A stretch of DNA of 64,000 nucleotides from Erysipelotrichaceae bacterium (GCA_022780745.1 JALEVB010000018.1:2240-66239), one strand, 5' to 3'. Counted from the first letter of the stretch, positions 29,050 to 38,322 are shown. Numbers and translations are program-made. Notes: generated by a model from the letters alone, not told the origin.

Positions 29050-29556
29050 CTATTTTTCTAACCAGTCTTCGCCTTTGATACATTCATGTTTACTTAAACC
29101 AGGATAATCTAGCTGTCTTAATACTTCATAAACACAAATAGCTACACAATTACTTAGATTTAGACTGCGCGCATTATAGACCATAGGTAAGCGAAAGCAA
29201 TGATCTAGATCTAAAGATAAAATACTTTTAGGAATACCTGTACTTTCTTTACCAAATATCAAATAAATATCGCCTTTGATCGTTGTATAATCAAATGATG
29301 AAGGTGGATTTTTACCATATCGAGTTATATAGATATATTGTCCAGGATTTTTAGTTTTAAAATCATCCCAGTTATGATAAATCGTATAATCACATAGGTC
29401 ACGATAATCCATTCCACTTCTTCTAAGATGCTTTTCATCTAATTTAAAACCCATTGGCTCTATTAAATGCAAGCGACAATTACTTGCCATACATGTACGC
29501 ATGATATTACCTGTATTTTGAGGTATTTCAGGTTCATATAAAACAACATTGATCAA
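29050..29556 (-). CDS. trmL: tRNA (cytidine/uridine(34)-2'-O)-methyltransferase TrmL (SpoU family)
   Basis: 168 aa. INVVLYEPEIPQNTGNIMRTC and SLNLSNCVAICVYE are typical SpoU/TrmL blocks. Confidence 0.85.
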   Translation of the reverse strand: MINVVLYEPEIPQNTGNIMRTCMASNCRLHLIEPMGFKLDEKHLRRSGMDYRDLCDYTIYHNWDDFKTKNPGQYIYITRYGKNPPSSFDYTTIKGDIYLIFGKESTGIPKSILSLDLDHCFRLPMVYNARSLNLSNCVAICVYEVLRQLDYPGLSKHECIKGEDWLEK

Positions 29557-30218
29557 CTCTTCTTCACTCCTTTATATAAGCCATAATAAGCTAATACTAA
29601 TATAAATATGATCGTAATGACAATAATAAATACTAAATCAAAAAAGAATCTTTCTGGAACGATCTGAATCAGAATATCTTTATTAGGATCTAAGAAAAAT
29701 AATTCATTAGTAAAAAAGATATAATGAAAATTGATCCAGAAACTATTAAAATCCATTAATGCATATAAACATAATGCAGTTATGATCGATAGAAAACCAA
29801 ATAAAGTCCTTTTAAACATCGTAAATAACAATACGATATCTAGATCATTAAAAATAAAGAATAAACATATGACAAAAACAACAAATAAAATATTGCGACA
29901 TAACATGGCATTACGATATAAATTTTTTACATCAACCATATGCAGTTTTTCTTTCTCATTAAAAACTTCTCTTTCACTACCTTTAATTATTGCTTTAACA
30001 TAAAGATCATCATTATCATCTTTAATATATCCCAATAAAACATCTTTAGTATTATCCAGATCTTCTTCACTAATACCAATGGTATCATAGGTATCATTTT
30101 GTTTAAATTCCTGTTTATAGAATAGATCATTAAATGCCCAGAAATCAATTGACGATAAAACAGTAATGATAATAAAACAAATAGTAGATAAAATATAGAT
30201 AAATTTATTCTTTAGCAT
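29553..30218 (-). CDS. TIGR01906/DUF1461-type integral membrane protein (Lit-like)
   Basis: N-terminal TM helix, extracellular segment with FNEKEKLHMVDVKNL, then three or four TM helices. The family assignment is from memory of this motif. Confidence 0.5.
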   Translation of the reverse strand: MLKNKFIYILSTICFIIITVLSSIDFWAFNDLFYKQEFKQNDTYDTIGISEEDLDNTKDVLLGYIKDDNDDLYVKAIIKGSEREVFNEKEKLHMVDVKNLYRNAMLCRNILFVVFVICLFFIFNDLDIVLLFTMFKRTLFGFLSIITALCLYALMDFNSFWINFHYIFFTNELFFLDPNKDILIQIVPERFFFDLVFIIVITIIFILVLAYYGLYKGVKKS

Positions 30219-30789
30219 CTAAATACTCCAATAATTTCATTAAAGCAATATGACGATGACTAACCTGATTTTTTAAATCTAATGGTACATTGGCTAGAGT
30301 CGTCTTAAAAGGTTCATAATAAAAAATTGGATCATAGCCAAAGCCGTTGCTACCAGTCATTTCATAAGCAATACTGCCTTCTAAAATACCAGTAAAGACA
30401 TGATTTTCGCCACTTGGATAGCAGATAGCTATAGAACATACATAACGACAATCTCTATTAGTTTCATTTTTTAATTTTAATAAGATCTGAGAATTTTTAT
30501 AATCATATGATGTATCATGTCCTAAATAACGTGCAGAATAAATACCAGGTTCCTTATTCAAAGCATCGATTTCTAATCCACTGTCATCACTGATTGCTAC
30601 GATATTAAACCTTTTGGCAATCGTACTAGCTTTAATGATCGCATTTTCTTCAAATGTTTGTCCATTTTCTTCAATTTCAATTTCTTCATCAAGATCATTT
30701 AATGATTTAATACTATAACCTTTTGGTTCTAGCATATCTTTAAATTCTTTTACTTTATTTTTATTAGAAGTTGCAATAAATATTTCCAT
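30205..30789 (-). CDS. rdgB: non-canonical purine NTP pyrophosphatase RdgB/HAM1 (start at ATG 30789)
   Basis: IFIATSNKNKVKEF, SDDSGLEIDAL, FGYDPIF and SHR blocks. GAGG RBS upstream of the internal ATG. Confidence 0.9.
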   Translation of the reverse strand: MEIFIATSNKNKVKEFKDMLEPKGYSIKSLNDLDEEIEIEENGQTFEENAIIKASTIAKRFNIVAISDDSGLEIDALNKEPGIYSARYLGHDTSYDYKNSQILLKLKNETNRDCRYVCSIAICYPSGENHVFTGILEGSIAYEMTGSNGFGYDPIFYYEPFKTTLANVPLDLKNQVSHRHIALMKLLEYLDAKE

Positions 30790-30900
30790 CTTTTCATTCC
30801 TCAAATAAAATTCGATAAAATTATATCACAAATACATAAAACACTAGCACTTATTATCAAATTAGAGTAAAATTAAATAGCATTTTGAAAGGAAATAGAT

Positions 30901-32358
30901 ATGACAAAAGTAAGAACAAGATTTGCTCCTAGTCCTACCGGATATATGCATATTGGTAATCTAAGAACTGCTTTATATGAATATCTAGTAGCAAAAAAAG
31001 AACCTGATGGTGTTTTTATGTTAAGAATCGAAGATACTGACCAGGGTCGTCTAGTTGAAGGAGCAACCGATATTATTTATGAAACATTAAAACAATGTGG
31101 TCTAAAACATGATGAAGGACCAGATGTTGGTGGTGATTATGGACCATATGTTCAATCTGAACGTATGAAATCAGGTATTTATAAAGAATATGCTTTTAAA
31201 TTAATTGAGCTTGGTGGTGCTCATATTTGTTTCTGTGATGAAGAAACAATTGATAATCAAAGAAAAATTGCTGAAGCTCGTGGTGAATCATTCAAATATG
31301 ATGATCCTTGTAAAAATCTGTCTAAAGAAGAAGTACAAAGAAGAATCGATGCTGGTGAACCTTATGTAATCAGACAGAATATTCCATTAACTGGTACTAC
31401 TACATTCCATGATGAAGTATATGGTGATATTACTGTTGAAAATAGTACATTGGATGAATCTATCCTATTAAAATCTGATGGTTTCCCTACTTATAACTTT
31501 GCTAATATCATTGATGACCACACAATGAATATTACGCATGTTGTTCGTGGTAATGAATATTTATCAAGTACTCCTAAATATAATCTTATTTACGAAGCAT
31601 TTGGTTGGAATATTCCTACATATATCCATTGTCCTCCAGTAATGAAAGATGAACATCATAAGTTATCTAAACGTAATGGTGATGCTAGCTTCCAGGATCT
31701 GGTTGCTAAAGGTTATTTGCCTGAAGCTATTATAAATTATATTGCTTTATTGGGATGGTCTCCTGAAACTGATCAAGAGATCTATACTTTAGATGAGCTT
31801 AAACAGGCATTCAATGTTAAACGTATTGGTACAAGTGGTGCTATCTTTGATATTGAAAAACTAACATGGATGAATGGTATGTATCTAAGAAAAATGGATA
31901 TAGATACTTATTACAAGCTTGTAGAGCCTCATATTGCTAAGGCTGTTAAAGGTAACTATGATCATTTAAGTATTGCTAAGATCTTACAACAAAGAGCAAA
32001 TACATTGAATGAAATTGATGAAATGTTAGATTTCATTGATACTTATTTACCATTTAATATTGATCTTTATACAAATAAAAAGATGAAGACTAATCCTGAA
32101 ATTGCTCTTAATTCATTAAAAGCAGCCTATGATACACTAAGTGATCTTGAAGACTGGTCTGAAGAATCATTACATGATACATTAATGAATCTAGTCACAG
32201 TTTTACAAATCAAAAATGGTCAGTTATTATACCCTATTCGTGTAGCCTTGACTAATAAACAGTTTACACCTGGTGGTGCTATTGAAATTGGTCATATTTT
32301 ACAAAAAGATGAATCATTGAGAAGAATTAAAGAATCAATCATTAATTTAGAAAAATAG
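30901..32358 (+). CDS. gltX: glutamate--tRNA ligase
   Basis: RFAPSPTGYMHIGNLRTAL (HIGH) and KLSKR (KMSKS). Confidence 0.95.
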   Translation: MTKVRTRFAPSPTGYMHIGNLRTALYEYLVAKKEPDGVFMLRIEDTDQGRLVEGATDIIYETLKQCGLKHDEGPDVGGDYGPYVQSERMKSGIYKEYAFKLIELGGAHICFCDEETIDNQRKIAEARGESFKYDDPCKNLSKEEVQRRIDAGEPYVIRQNIPLTGTTTFHDEVYGDITVENSTLDESILLKSDGFPTYNFANIIDDHTMNITHVVRGNEYLSSTPKYNLIYEAFGWNIPTYIHCPPVMKDEHHKLSKRNGDASFQDLVAKGYLPEAIINYIALLGWSPETDQEIYTLDELKQAFNVKRIGTSGAIFDIEKLTWMNGMYLRKMDIDTYYKLVEPHIAKAVKGNYDHLSIAKILQQRANTLNEIDEMLDFIDTYLPFNIDLYTNKKMKTNPEIALNSLKAAYDTLSDLEDWSEESLHDTLMNLVTVLQIKNGQLLYPIRVALTNKQFTPGGAIEIGHILQKDESLRRIKESIINLEK

Positions 32359-32366
32359 GAAACAAT

Positions 32367-33602
32367 ATGGAACTTAGAATAATTGAAGATATCGCAGTAT
32401 ACGATAAATTTGTTCTAAATAGTCCCTATGTTCATTACACAAAAACCAGTATGTGGGCTAATACCAAAAAAATGGAACATTATAAAGCCCATTATATTGG
32501 TTTTTATATTAATAATGAATTAGTAGGATGTGCATTAGGTTTAGAAAATCATTTTTATCTTCATAAATATTTATATATACCTAATGGTATGTGTATTAAT
32601 TACAATGACATAAAATTATTGCAAGATTGTCTTAAACTATTGATCGAATATGCCAGAAAACTAAATGTATGCTTCTTAAGGATCGATCCTAATGTTATTA
32701 GATGTTCAAGAGATATTGATGGTAATAAGATCACTGGCGGTATCGATAATGAAATCGTTACTGATACATTTAAAGCCATGGGATTTAGACATAAAGGCTA
32801 TAATTTTGCATATGATGGCAGCTGGTATAATCGCTATACCCTAGCTATTGATATTTCTAAAGATATACAGGAAATCAAAAAGCATTTCAATAAGCAAAGG
32901 ATCACTGCTTTGAATCGTCATAATGTAATTGGAGTTTCATGTCATGTGGGAAATGAAAATGATATAAATGATCTAATGCTATTTGAAAAGCAATTAGCTG
33001 CTATTCAAGGATTTAAACCACATAGTTATGAATTCTTTAAGAATATTCTTGATAATTTTAAAGATCATGCCAGATTATATGTTGTAACATTAAATATCGA
33101 TAAAATGATCGAAGGAATTACTAATGAATTAAATAGTAAAAAATATGCTAAAGATCTAGAAGCAAGAAAAGCAAAAGAAAATGAATTAGCAAAAGCATAT
33201 GAACTTAAGAAGAAGTATCCAGATAATATTGTTAAATTAGCCTGTGGTTTATTTGTATATTATGGCTATAAATCATTTGATCTGTATACTTATAATCATA
33301 AAGACTTTAATTATTTAAAACCGGTAGATAACCTGCATTATTTTGCAATAAGTGATCTTAAAGATCATAAAGTTACTTATTATGATATGTGCGGCTTTAG
33401 TGGCTTAACTAATAAAGATGATCCACACTATGGTCTATATAGTTATAAGAAATCATTTGGATCACAATTTATCGAACATATTGGTGAATTTGATTACGTC
33501 TATGATGATAGACAATACCTATTATTCAAAAAATGTAAATCATTGAATTACCATTATCATCATTTCTTGAATAATATCATATACAAAAAAGATAAATCAT
33601 AA
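32367..33602 (+). CDS. FemAB-family peptidoglycan aminoacyltransferase (FemX/MurM-like)
   Basis: 411 aa with two GNAT-like lobes and the coiled-coil insert ...KYAKDLEARKAKENELAKAYELKKK..., the hallmark FemA architecture. Confidence 0.75.
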   Translation: MELRIIEDIAVYDKFVLNSPYVHYTKTSMWANTKKMEHYKAHYIGFYINNELVGCALGLENHFYLHKYLYIPNGMCINYNDIKLLQDCLKLLIEYARKLNVCFLRIDPNVIRCSRDIDGNKITGGIDNEIVTDTFKAMGFRHKGYNFAYDGSWYNRYTLAIDISKDIQEIKKHFNKQRITALNRHNVIGVSCHVGNENDINDLMLFEKQLAAIQGFKPHSYEFFKNILDNFKDHARLYVVTLNIDKMIEGITNELNSKKYAKDLEARKAKENELAKAYELKKKYPDNIVKLACGLFVYYGYKSFDLYTYNHKDFNYLKPVDNLHYFAISDLKDHKVTYYDMCGFSGLTNKDDPHYGLYSYKKSFGSQFIEHIGEFDYVYDDRQYLLFKKCKSLNYHYHHFLNNIIYKKDKS

Positions 33603-33624
33603 TAAGCTGATTTATCTTTTTTTT
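33587..33624 (+). terminator. intrinsic terminator of the gltX-femX unit
   Basis: 13-bp perfect stem aaaagataaatca / tgatttatctttt (33587-33599 with 33608-33620). The loop contains the femX stop codon. TTTT follows. Confidence 0.75.
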
Positions 33625-33806
33625 CGATTTAAAAATGGAATATTACTATTTAATCTGATCATAAAATATATAGCACAAACGATCATTAGTATTGATACGA
33701 TATACTCAAAAATATCTCTTTGTCCAATATCATATACAAATATCTTTATTAGCGCAGCTATGATCAAGACTATAAATATTAAACTAAATTTCTTTTTTAT
33801 CTTCAT
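33612..33806 (-). CDS. possible 64-aa two-TM membrane protein
   Basis: Two hydrophobic segments with basic ends. No clear RBS. Its 3' end overlaps the femX terminator arm. Confidence 0.3.
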   Translation of the reverse strand: MKIKKKFSLIFIVLIIAALIKIFVYDIGQRDIFEYIVSILMIVCAIYFMIRLNSNIPFLNRKKR

Positions 33807-33819
33807 ATGCTTATACTTT

Positions 33820-33844
33820 TAAAAAAAGCTACTATATTGTAGCT
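33820..33844 (-). terminator. intrinsic terminator after tRNA-Glu
   Basis: Stem agctac / gtagct (33827-33832 with 33839-33844). On the minus strand it is followed by a T7 run (plus-strand A run 33820-33826). Confidence 0.5.
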
Positions 33845-33859
33845 AATAATTATCTCAAA

Positions 33860-33936
33860 TGGTGATTCGTACGGGATTCGAACCCGTGAATGTTGCCTTG
33901 AGAGGGCAATGTGTTAAGCCGCTTCACCAACGAACC
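33860..33936 (-). tRNA. tRNA-Glu (anticodon CUC)
   Basis: Reverse complement: GGTTCGTTGGTGAAGCGGCTTAACACATTGCCCTCTCAAGGCAACATTCACGGGTTCGAATCCCGTACGAATCACCA. 7-bp acceptor stem, anticodon stem TTGCC/GGCAA with loop CTCTCAA, T-arm ACGGG-TTCGAAT-CCCGT, encoded CCA. The backbone is very like B. subtilis tRNA-Glu. Confidence 0.9.
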
Positions 33937-33964
33937 ATTTAAAGAAGATATTATCTTCTTTATT

Positions 33965-34321
33965 TTATGCAGCTAATGCATTCTTAGCAGTTTCTACTAA
34001 TGTAGCAAATGTAGCTTCATCGTGAATAGCGATTTCACTTAACATTTTTCTGTTTACATTAATATTAGCTAATTTTAAACCATGCATTAATTTAGAATAG
34101 CTCATATCATGCATTCTAGCAGCAGCATTGATACGTGCGATCCATAATTTACGCATTTCACGTTTAGTTTGCTTACGTCCGATATATGAATATCTTAATG
34201 AACGCATTACTTGTTCATGGGCTGTTCTGTATAATAAATGTTTTGAACCAAAATAACCCTTAGCTTGTTTTAAAACTCTTTTACGTCTATTACGTGTAGG
34301 TGTTGATCCTTTAACTCTCAT
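33965..34321 (-). CDS. rplT: 50S ribosomal protein L20
   Basis: [25 protein letters not shown]..., 118 aa. Confidence 0.97.
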   Translation of the reverse strand: MRVKGSTPTRNRRKRVLKQAKGYFGSKHLLYRTAHEQVMRSLRYSYIGRKQTKREMRKLWIARINAAARMHDMSYSKLMHGLKLANINVNRKMLSEIAIHDEATFATLVETAKNALAA

Positions 34322-34337
34322 CTGTTATACCTCCCTA

Positions 34338-34532
34338 TTAACCTTGTAGCAATTGTGAAATTCTCTTCATATCACTCTTGCTAACAGTTGTTGATTTTCT
34401 TAATTGTACTTTTTGTTTATGAGTCTTGTTTGCTGCAAAGTGAGAAACATATGCATGTTGTCTCTTTAATTTGCCTGTACCAGTTTTCTTAACTCTTTTT
34501 GCTAATGTCTTTTTTGTTTTCATCTTTGGCAT
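34338..34532 (-). CDS. rpmI: 50S ribosomal protein L35
   Basis: [24 protein letters not shown]..., 64 aa. Confidence 0.97.
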   Translation of the reverse strand: MPKMKTKKTLAKRVKKTGTGKLKRQHAYVSHFAANKTHKQKVQLRKSTTVSKSDMKRISQLLQG

Positions 34533-34544
34533 ATTAATTTCCTC

Positions 34545-35078
34545 CTATTTATTTCTTTTTGGTGATATTACTACGGACATTGTATTACCTTCTAAAGCAG
34601 GAGCTTTATCGATTTGTGCAATGTCACTCATAGCTTCAATAAACTCATTCATGACTTGTTTGCCTACATCTATTCTTGTAATCATACGTCCTCTAAAACG
34701 CATATCTACTTTAACTTTCATACCTGCTTCAGACCATTTTCTAGCTTGCTTAAGCTTAGTATCAAAGTCATGTGTATCAATAACTGGTGATAAACGTAAA
34801 GGTTTAACTTCAGTTACATGTTGATTCTTTTTAGCTTCTTTAGCTTTCTTTTGAGCTTCAAAGCGATACTTACCATAATCTAATATTTTACAAACAGGTG
34901 GCTGTGCATTAGGAGCAACACATAATAAGTCCATATCATATTCACTGGCCTTTTCTAATGCTTCTCTTCTAAACATTTTACCTAATTGTTCTCCTGTAGG
35001 AGAAATTACTAGTACTTCTTTAAAGCGGATGTTTTCGTTGACTAATTCTTCAGTCATGTTTCGTTTAGTGATAATCAT
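34545..35078 (-). CDS. infC: translation initiation factor IF-3 (true start codon uncertain; ATG/ATT/ATC in frame)
   Basis: LVNENIRFKEVLVISPTGEQLG...KPLRLSPVIDTHDFDTKLKQARKW; heads the infC-rpmI-rplT operon. Confidence 0.95.
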   Translation of the reverse strand: MIITKRNMTEELVNENIRFKEVLVISPTGEQLGKMFRREALEKASEYDMDLLCVAPNAQPPVCKILDYGKYRFEAQKKAKEAKKNQHVTEVKPLRLSPVIDTHDFDTKLKQARKWSEAGMKVKVDMRFRGRMITRIDVGKQVMNEFIEAMSDIAQIDKAPALEGNTMSVVISPKRNK

Positions 35079-35096
35079 TCACCTCCATATTTAATT

Positions 35097-35253
35097 AAAA
35101 AAGCAGGAGCGAAATGCACCTGCAAAATAACTACTTAAAAACGATTGTAGCATAATACCCATATCCTAAAGGTTATCGGGTGAGAAGAGGTGCTTCTACT
35201 TTCCACATATTTAATTACTTGATAATAATACTAAATTAATATATATTTGTCAA
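35097..35253 (-). promoter_or_regulatory. promoter plus L20-leader-like attenuator of the infC-rpmI-rplT operon
   Basis: On the minus strand: -35 TTGACA (35253-35248), 17-nt spacer, -10 TATTAT (35230-35225). A structured leader follows. The GCAGG...CCTGC hairpin (35103-35123) is followed by U6 (35097-35102), just before the infC RBS GGAGG. Confidence 0.5.
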
Positions 35254-35259
35254 CTATTT

Positions 35260-35577
35260 TTAATAGCTAAAACCAAGAACATCAACAGTAATCGTTTTAG
35301 CCTTGATATTTGTCATATCCAAGATGTTATCAAAGATCTTCTTTTGAAGATTTTCACATACTGTTTTAACGTTGCTATCATTTTTTACAATAACACCAAC
35401 AGTAATTTCCAAACGATTCTTAATTACTTTAATTTCTATATGATCATCTTTTTCTGGTTTTACAACACCTTCGATCTCATCCAATGAAATATTGACAATA
35501 CTTGAAAAAACAGACTTATTAAGAGCAATTTTTCCAATCTCATTACTATCTTTTAATAATACATATTCTTCAGTCAT
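35260..35577 (-). CDS. Asp23/Gls24 (DUF322) family stress protein
   Basis: 105 aa. GKIALNKSVFSSIVNISLDEIEGVV... and VDVLGFSY are typical of the family. Confidence 0.8.
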   Translation of the reverse strand: MTEEYVLLKDSNEIGKIALNKSVFSSIVNISLDEIEGVVKPEKDDHIEIKVIKNRLEITVGVIVKNDSNVKTVCENLQKKIFDNILDMTNIKAKTITVDVLGFSY

Positions 35578-35611
35578 AATTTATACCTCGCATTTATTAT
35601 AGCAATTAATT

Positions 35612-36976
35612 CTAGAAAATGGAACTCATTTTCCTTTGAAGTATCTCTTTGATAAAATCTTTATCTTTTTCAAACTGTTCTAGACTGCTATACTCTTTTT
35701 CCAATGTTTCAACAAATTCTTTAAACATGATCATGATCTTATAAAGATTATCTTCATGAATAATATTTATCTTACCATTATTGACCATACATATAGCTAA
35801 TTGTTCCAACAAGAAATTTTGTGCTTTAGTTTTATCTTCATATTTACTAAATTTATTCTTAAACCAGGTTGGCTGAATGATCAGATTCTTTATAACATTG
35901 ATAAATTGCGTAAAATCCTGGATATTATCTGATGCCTGTATAGCAAATAACATCACGAAAAATACATGCCATTCATAGTCGATATTCATGATACTTTCGA
36001 AATATCTGCCTAATGTATTACAAAATGGATCTTCATTTTGATATGGTCTTTCTAGTTTTAATGTTTGTGTAAATGTTAAATCAGATATTCTTAAGAAATT
36101 TAAATGTTCAAAATAATCGACCATTTTGACCTGTGGATTTTCACTATTGATAAAATCATTGATATAAATATACTGACTAAGGATAGATGAACATTTCTTG
36201 AAATCGATATTAAAGCCTATTTCTTCATTTAACTTGATCATAAGCAGATCATTTATCGTCTTAGCAACAAATATTTTAAAATTATGTTCATCCATGCCTA
36301 TATCTTCATTGCTATGATTATTATCTAGTATCTGCTTATAAACGATTTCTAGTTGTCTATCGACAACATCAAGACTGTCTCTTATCGTTCCTAACAGATT
36401 TTTCATAAACCCATCATAAGCAACAAAATTGGTATTTTTATATACGACCTGGTGTTCTACTTCACTCCAGAATCCATGAACCAATGATTTGATCTGTAAT
36501 TCAAAATTAATATGTTTATCATTAAATGTATAATAACCATCTAAACGATAGATGGTAAAGCCATTACGTTGCAGCTGAGGCTGTGGCATTCTTAAATTAA
36601 GAAAGACATTCTCATTGGCTAAACAGCGATAATAATTGCCATGATAATGTTTAAAGATCTTAAACAGTTTATTATAAATTCTTGCTTCATCTGATATAAA
36701 ACGACATTCAATACTTAAGCCTATTAGATCATGAAGATTAGCTAAAGCTTCAGTACTAGTCTTATAATCTAAATAAAACTTATTTCTTATTAGTTTTTCT
36801 TTTAAAGAATCTTTATTTTTAATACGTGAAGATATTTTTAAAACCGATTCATCATTTTTAGTTAAAGCTTCATTTAATATACGTTTCAAATTATTTTCTA
36901 CATATTCATAAGTTGCATGATTTAATTCAAATTCTTCAATAGTTTTATTTATAAATTCAAATAAGGCTAATTGCAT
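35612..36976 (-). CDS. RelA/SpoT-synthetase-domain (RSH, SAS-like) protein with about 240-aa uncharacterised C-terminal half
   Basis: N-terminal half carries the synthetase-fold blocks SRIKNKDSLKEKL, LHDLIGLSIECRF and ELQIKSLVHGFWSEVEHQVVYK (compare E.QIRT...W...EH...YK in RelQ/RelP). AAGAGG RBS 8 nt upstream of the ATG. Confidence 0.65.
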   Translation of the reverse strand: MQLALFEFINKTIEEFELNHATYEYVENNLKRILNEALTKNDESVLKISSRIKNKDSLKEKLIRNKFYLDYKTSTEALANLHDLIGLSIECRFISDEARIYNKLFKIFKHYHGNYYRCLANENVFLNLRMPQPQLQRNGFTIYRLDGYYTFNDKHINFELQIKSLVHGFWSEVEHQVVYKNTNFVAYDGFMKNLLGTIRDSLDVVDRQLEIVYKQILDNNHSNEDIGMDEHNFKIFVAKTINDLLMIKLNEEIGFNIDFKKCSSILSQYIYINDFINSENPQVKMVDYFEHLNFLRISDLTFTQTLKLERPYQNEDPFCNTLGRYFESIMNIDYEWHVFFVMLFAIQASDNIQDFTQFINVIKNLIIQPTWFKNKFSKYEDKTKAQNFLLEQLAICMVNNGKINIIHEDNLYKIMIMFKEFVETLEKEYSSLEQFEKDKDFIKEILQRKMSSIF

Positions 36977-36990
36977 TATAAAACCTCTTT

Positions 36991-38322
36991 CTAAAGTAGT
37001 CTTAATCCCTTAGGGTATTTATTCTTAATAATGTTATTATCCCCTTTGCCATAACCGATAATGATATTCTTATAACTTAATCCGACATATCCCTTATAGC
37101 CAGATATTGATAAAGTATTCCCTTGATAAAATGATATAACTTCATCTGATGTTAATTCAATATATTTTTTTAAATTGTTACTTTGAATATTTTTAAAGCC
37201 AACACTGGTATAAAAATGCTGATGTGGTTCGAAACGTTTTTTTATCATTTCTCCTAATAATACCTGATTACGTATGATATGTAATTTTTTTAAATCATAA
37301 AAAGGATTATTCCCACCATAGACCTTATCATTTTTCTGATAAAGATATTTTGGCATATCTTTATAATTATCTTTAATAAAATCATAAGCATTACTATCGA
37401 TCTTACTATTTAAGATATTTAATTTAACAGTTTTAGTTTCATGATGTTTGATCATCTTAGCCATGAAATGTCCTTCTGTATCATGAAAAGGCATTAAGCG
37501 GCGACATTTTGTAGTATCGATAGTTGTTTTGAAACCAGGCATACCCCAATCAACATCGATCTTAACTAATTCTATATCAGGATGATTTAAAACAAATTCT
37601 TCAATGACTTTTTCATTTTCTATAATATTTAAAGTACATGTCGAATAGACCAAAGTACCATTATCTTTTAAACATTTATATGCTTCTTCTAGTATTTTGA
37701 TCTGACGATGATGACAACTGTTAACATGTTCCATACTCCAGTCTAATATAGCTTCATCATTCTTTCTAAACATTCCTTCTCCAGAACATGGCGCATCTAC
37801 TAAGATCTTATCAAAAAAACCATATAAGGTATTTGCAATGTTAGCTGGTTCATCATTTAAAATAATACAGTTATTAATGCCCCATCTTTCTATATTGCTT
37901 AATAACTTAATAGCTCTATTATTTTCTATTTCATTAGCTACTAATAATCCCGTATTATTTAATCTTTGTGCTATTTGAGTAGCTTTACCACCTGGTGCAC
38001 TACACATATCTAATACAGTATCATTTTCTTTGATATCCAAAAGATCAACAACACTGGCAGCACTAACTTCCTGCAGATACATTAATCCCATTTTATGCAT
38101 TATTGTATTACCATAACTTTTATCATCTAGTAATAAATAGGCATTTTTAGCATATACTGATGGGCTTTTTTGAATATCAAAAAAATTAAAGAAATCTTCA
38201 TCACTTATCTTTAAGCTATTAATACGAAATCCTTTATGAAAAGGTTTTTTTAAGCTTTCTAAGAACTCTTCATAACGATCAGGTATAAGTTGTTTGATCA
38301 TCATTAAAAACTCGTTATTCAT
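36991..38322 (-). CDS. rsmF: RsmB/RsmF (NOL1/NOP2/Sun) family RNA m5C methyltransferase
   Basis: SAM-binding VLDMCSAPGGKATQIA, catalytic blocks ILVDAPCSGEGMFRK and LVYSTCT, and a C-terminal PUA-like extension. Confidence 0.8.
   Translation of the reverse strand: MNNEFLMMIKQLIPDRYEEFLESLKKPFHKGFRINSLKISDEDFFNFFDIQKSPSVYAKNAYLLLDDKSYGNTIMHKMGLMYLQEVSAASVVDLLDIKENDTVLDMCSAPGGKATQIAQRLNNTGLLVANEIENNRAIKLLSNIERWGINNCIILNDEPANIANTLYGFFDKILVDAPCSGEGMFRKNDEAILDWSMEHVNSCHHRQIKILEEAYKCLKDNGTLVYSTCTLNIIENEKVIEEFVLNHPDIELVKIDVDWGMPGFKTTIDTTKCRRLMPFHDTEGHFMAKMIKHHETKTVKLNILNSKIDSNAYDFIKDNYKDMPKYLYQKNDKVYGGNNPFYDLKKLHIIRNQVLLGEMIKKRFEPHQHFYTSVGFKNIQSNNLKKYIELTSDEVISFYQGNTLSISGYKGYVGLSYKNIIIGYGKGDNNIIKNKYPKGLRLL

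Noticed and set aside
33941-33961. Hairpin aaagaaga-tatta-tcttcttt as the rplT terminator
   Set aside because: On the coding (minus) strand it is followed by AAA and then the tRNA, not by a U run. It is more likely a processing or stability element. The functional terminator is after the tRNA at 33820-33844.
34471-34824. 117-aa plus-strand ORF across rpmI/infC, and similar antisense ORFs at 52692-53069, 51872-52075, 21908-22195, 26350-26613 and 29731-30003
   Set aside because: All are antisense to strongly supported conserved genes. They are hydrophobic or low-complexity translations without start signals.
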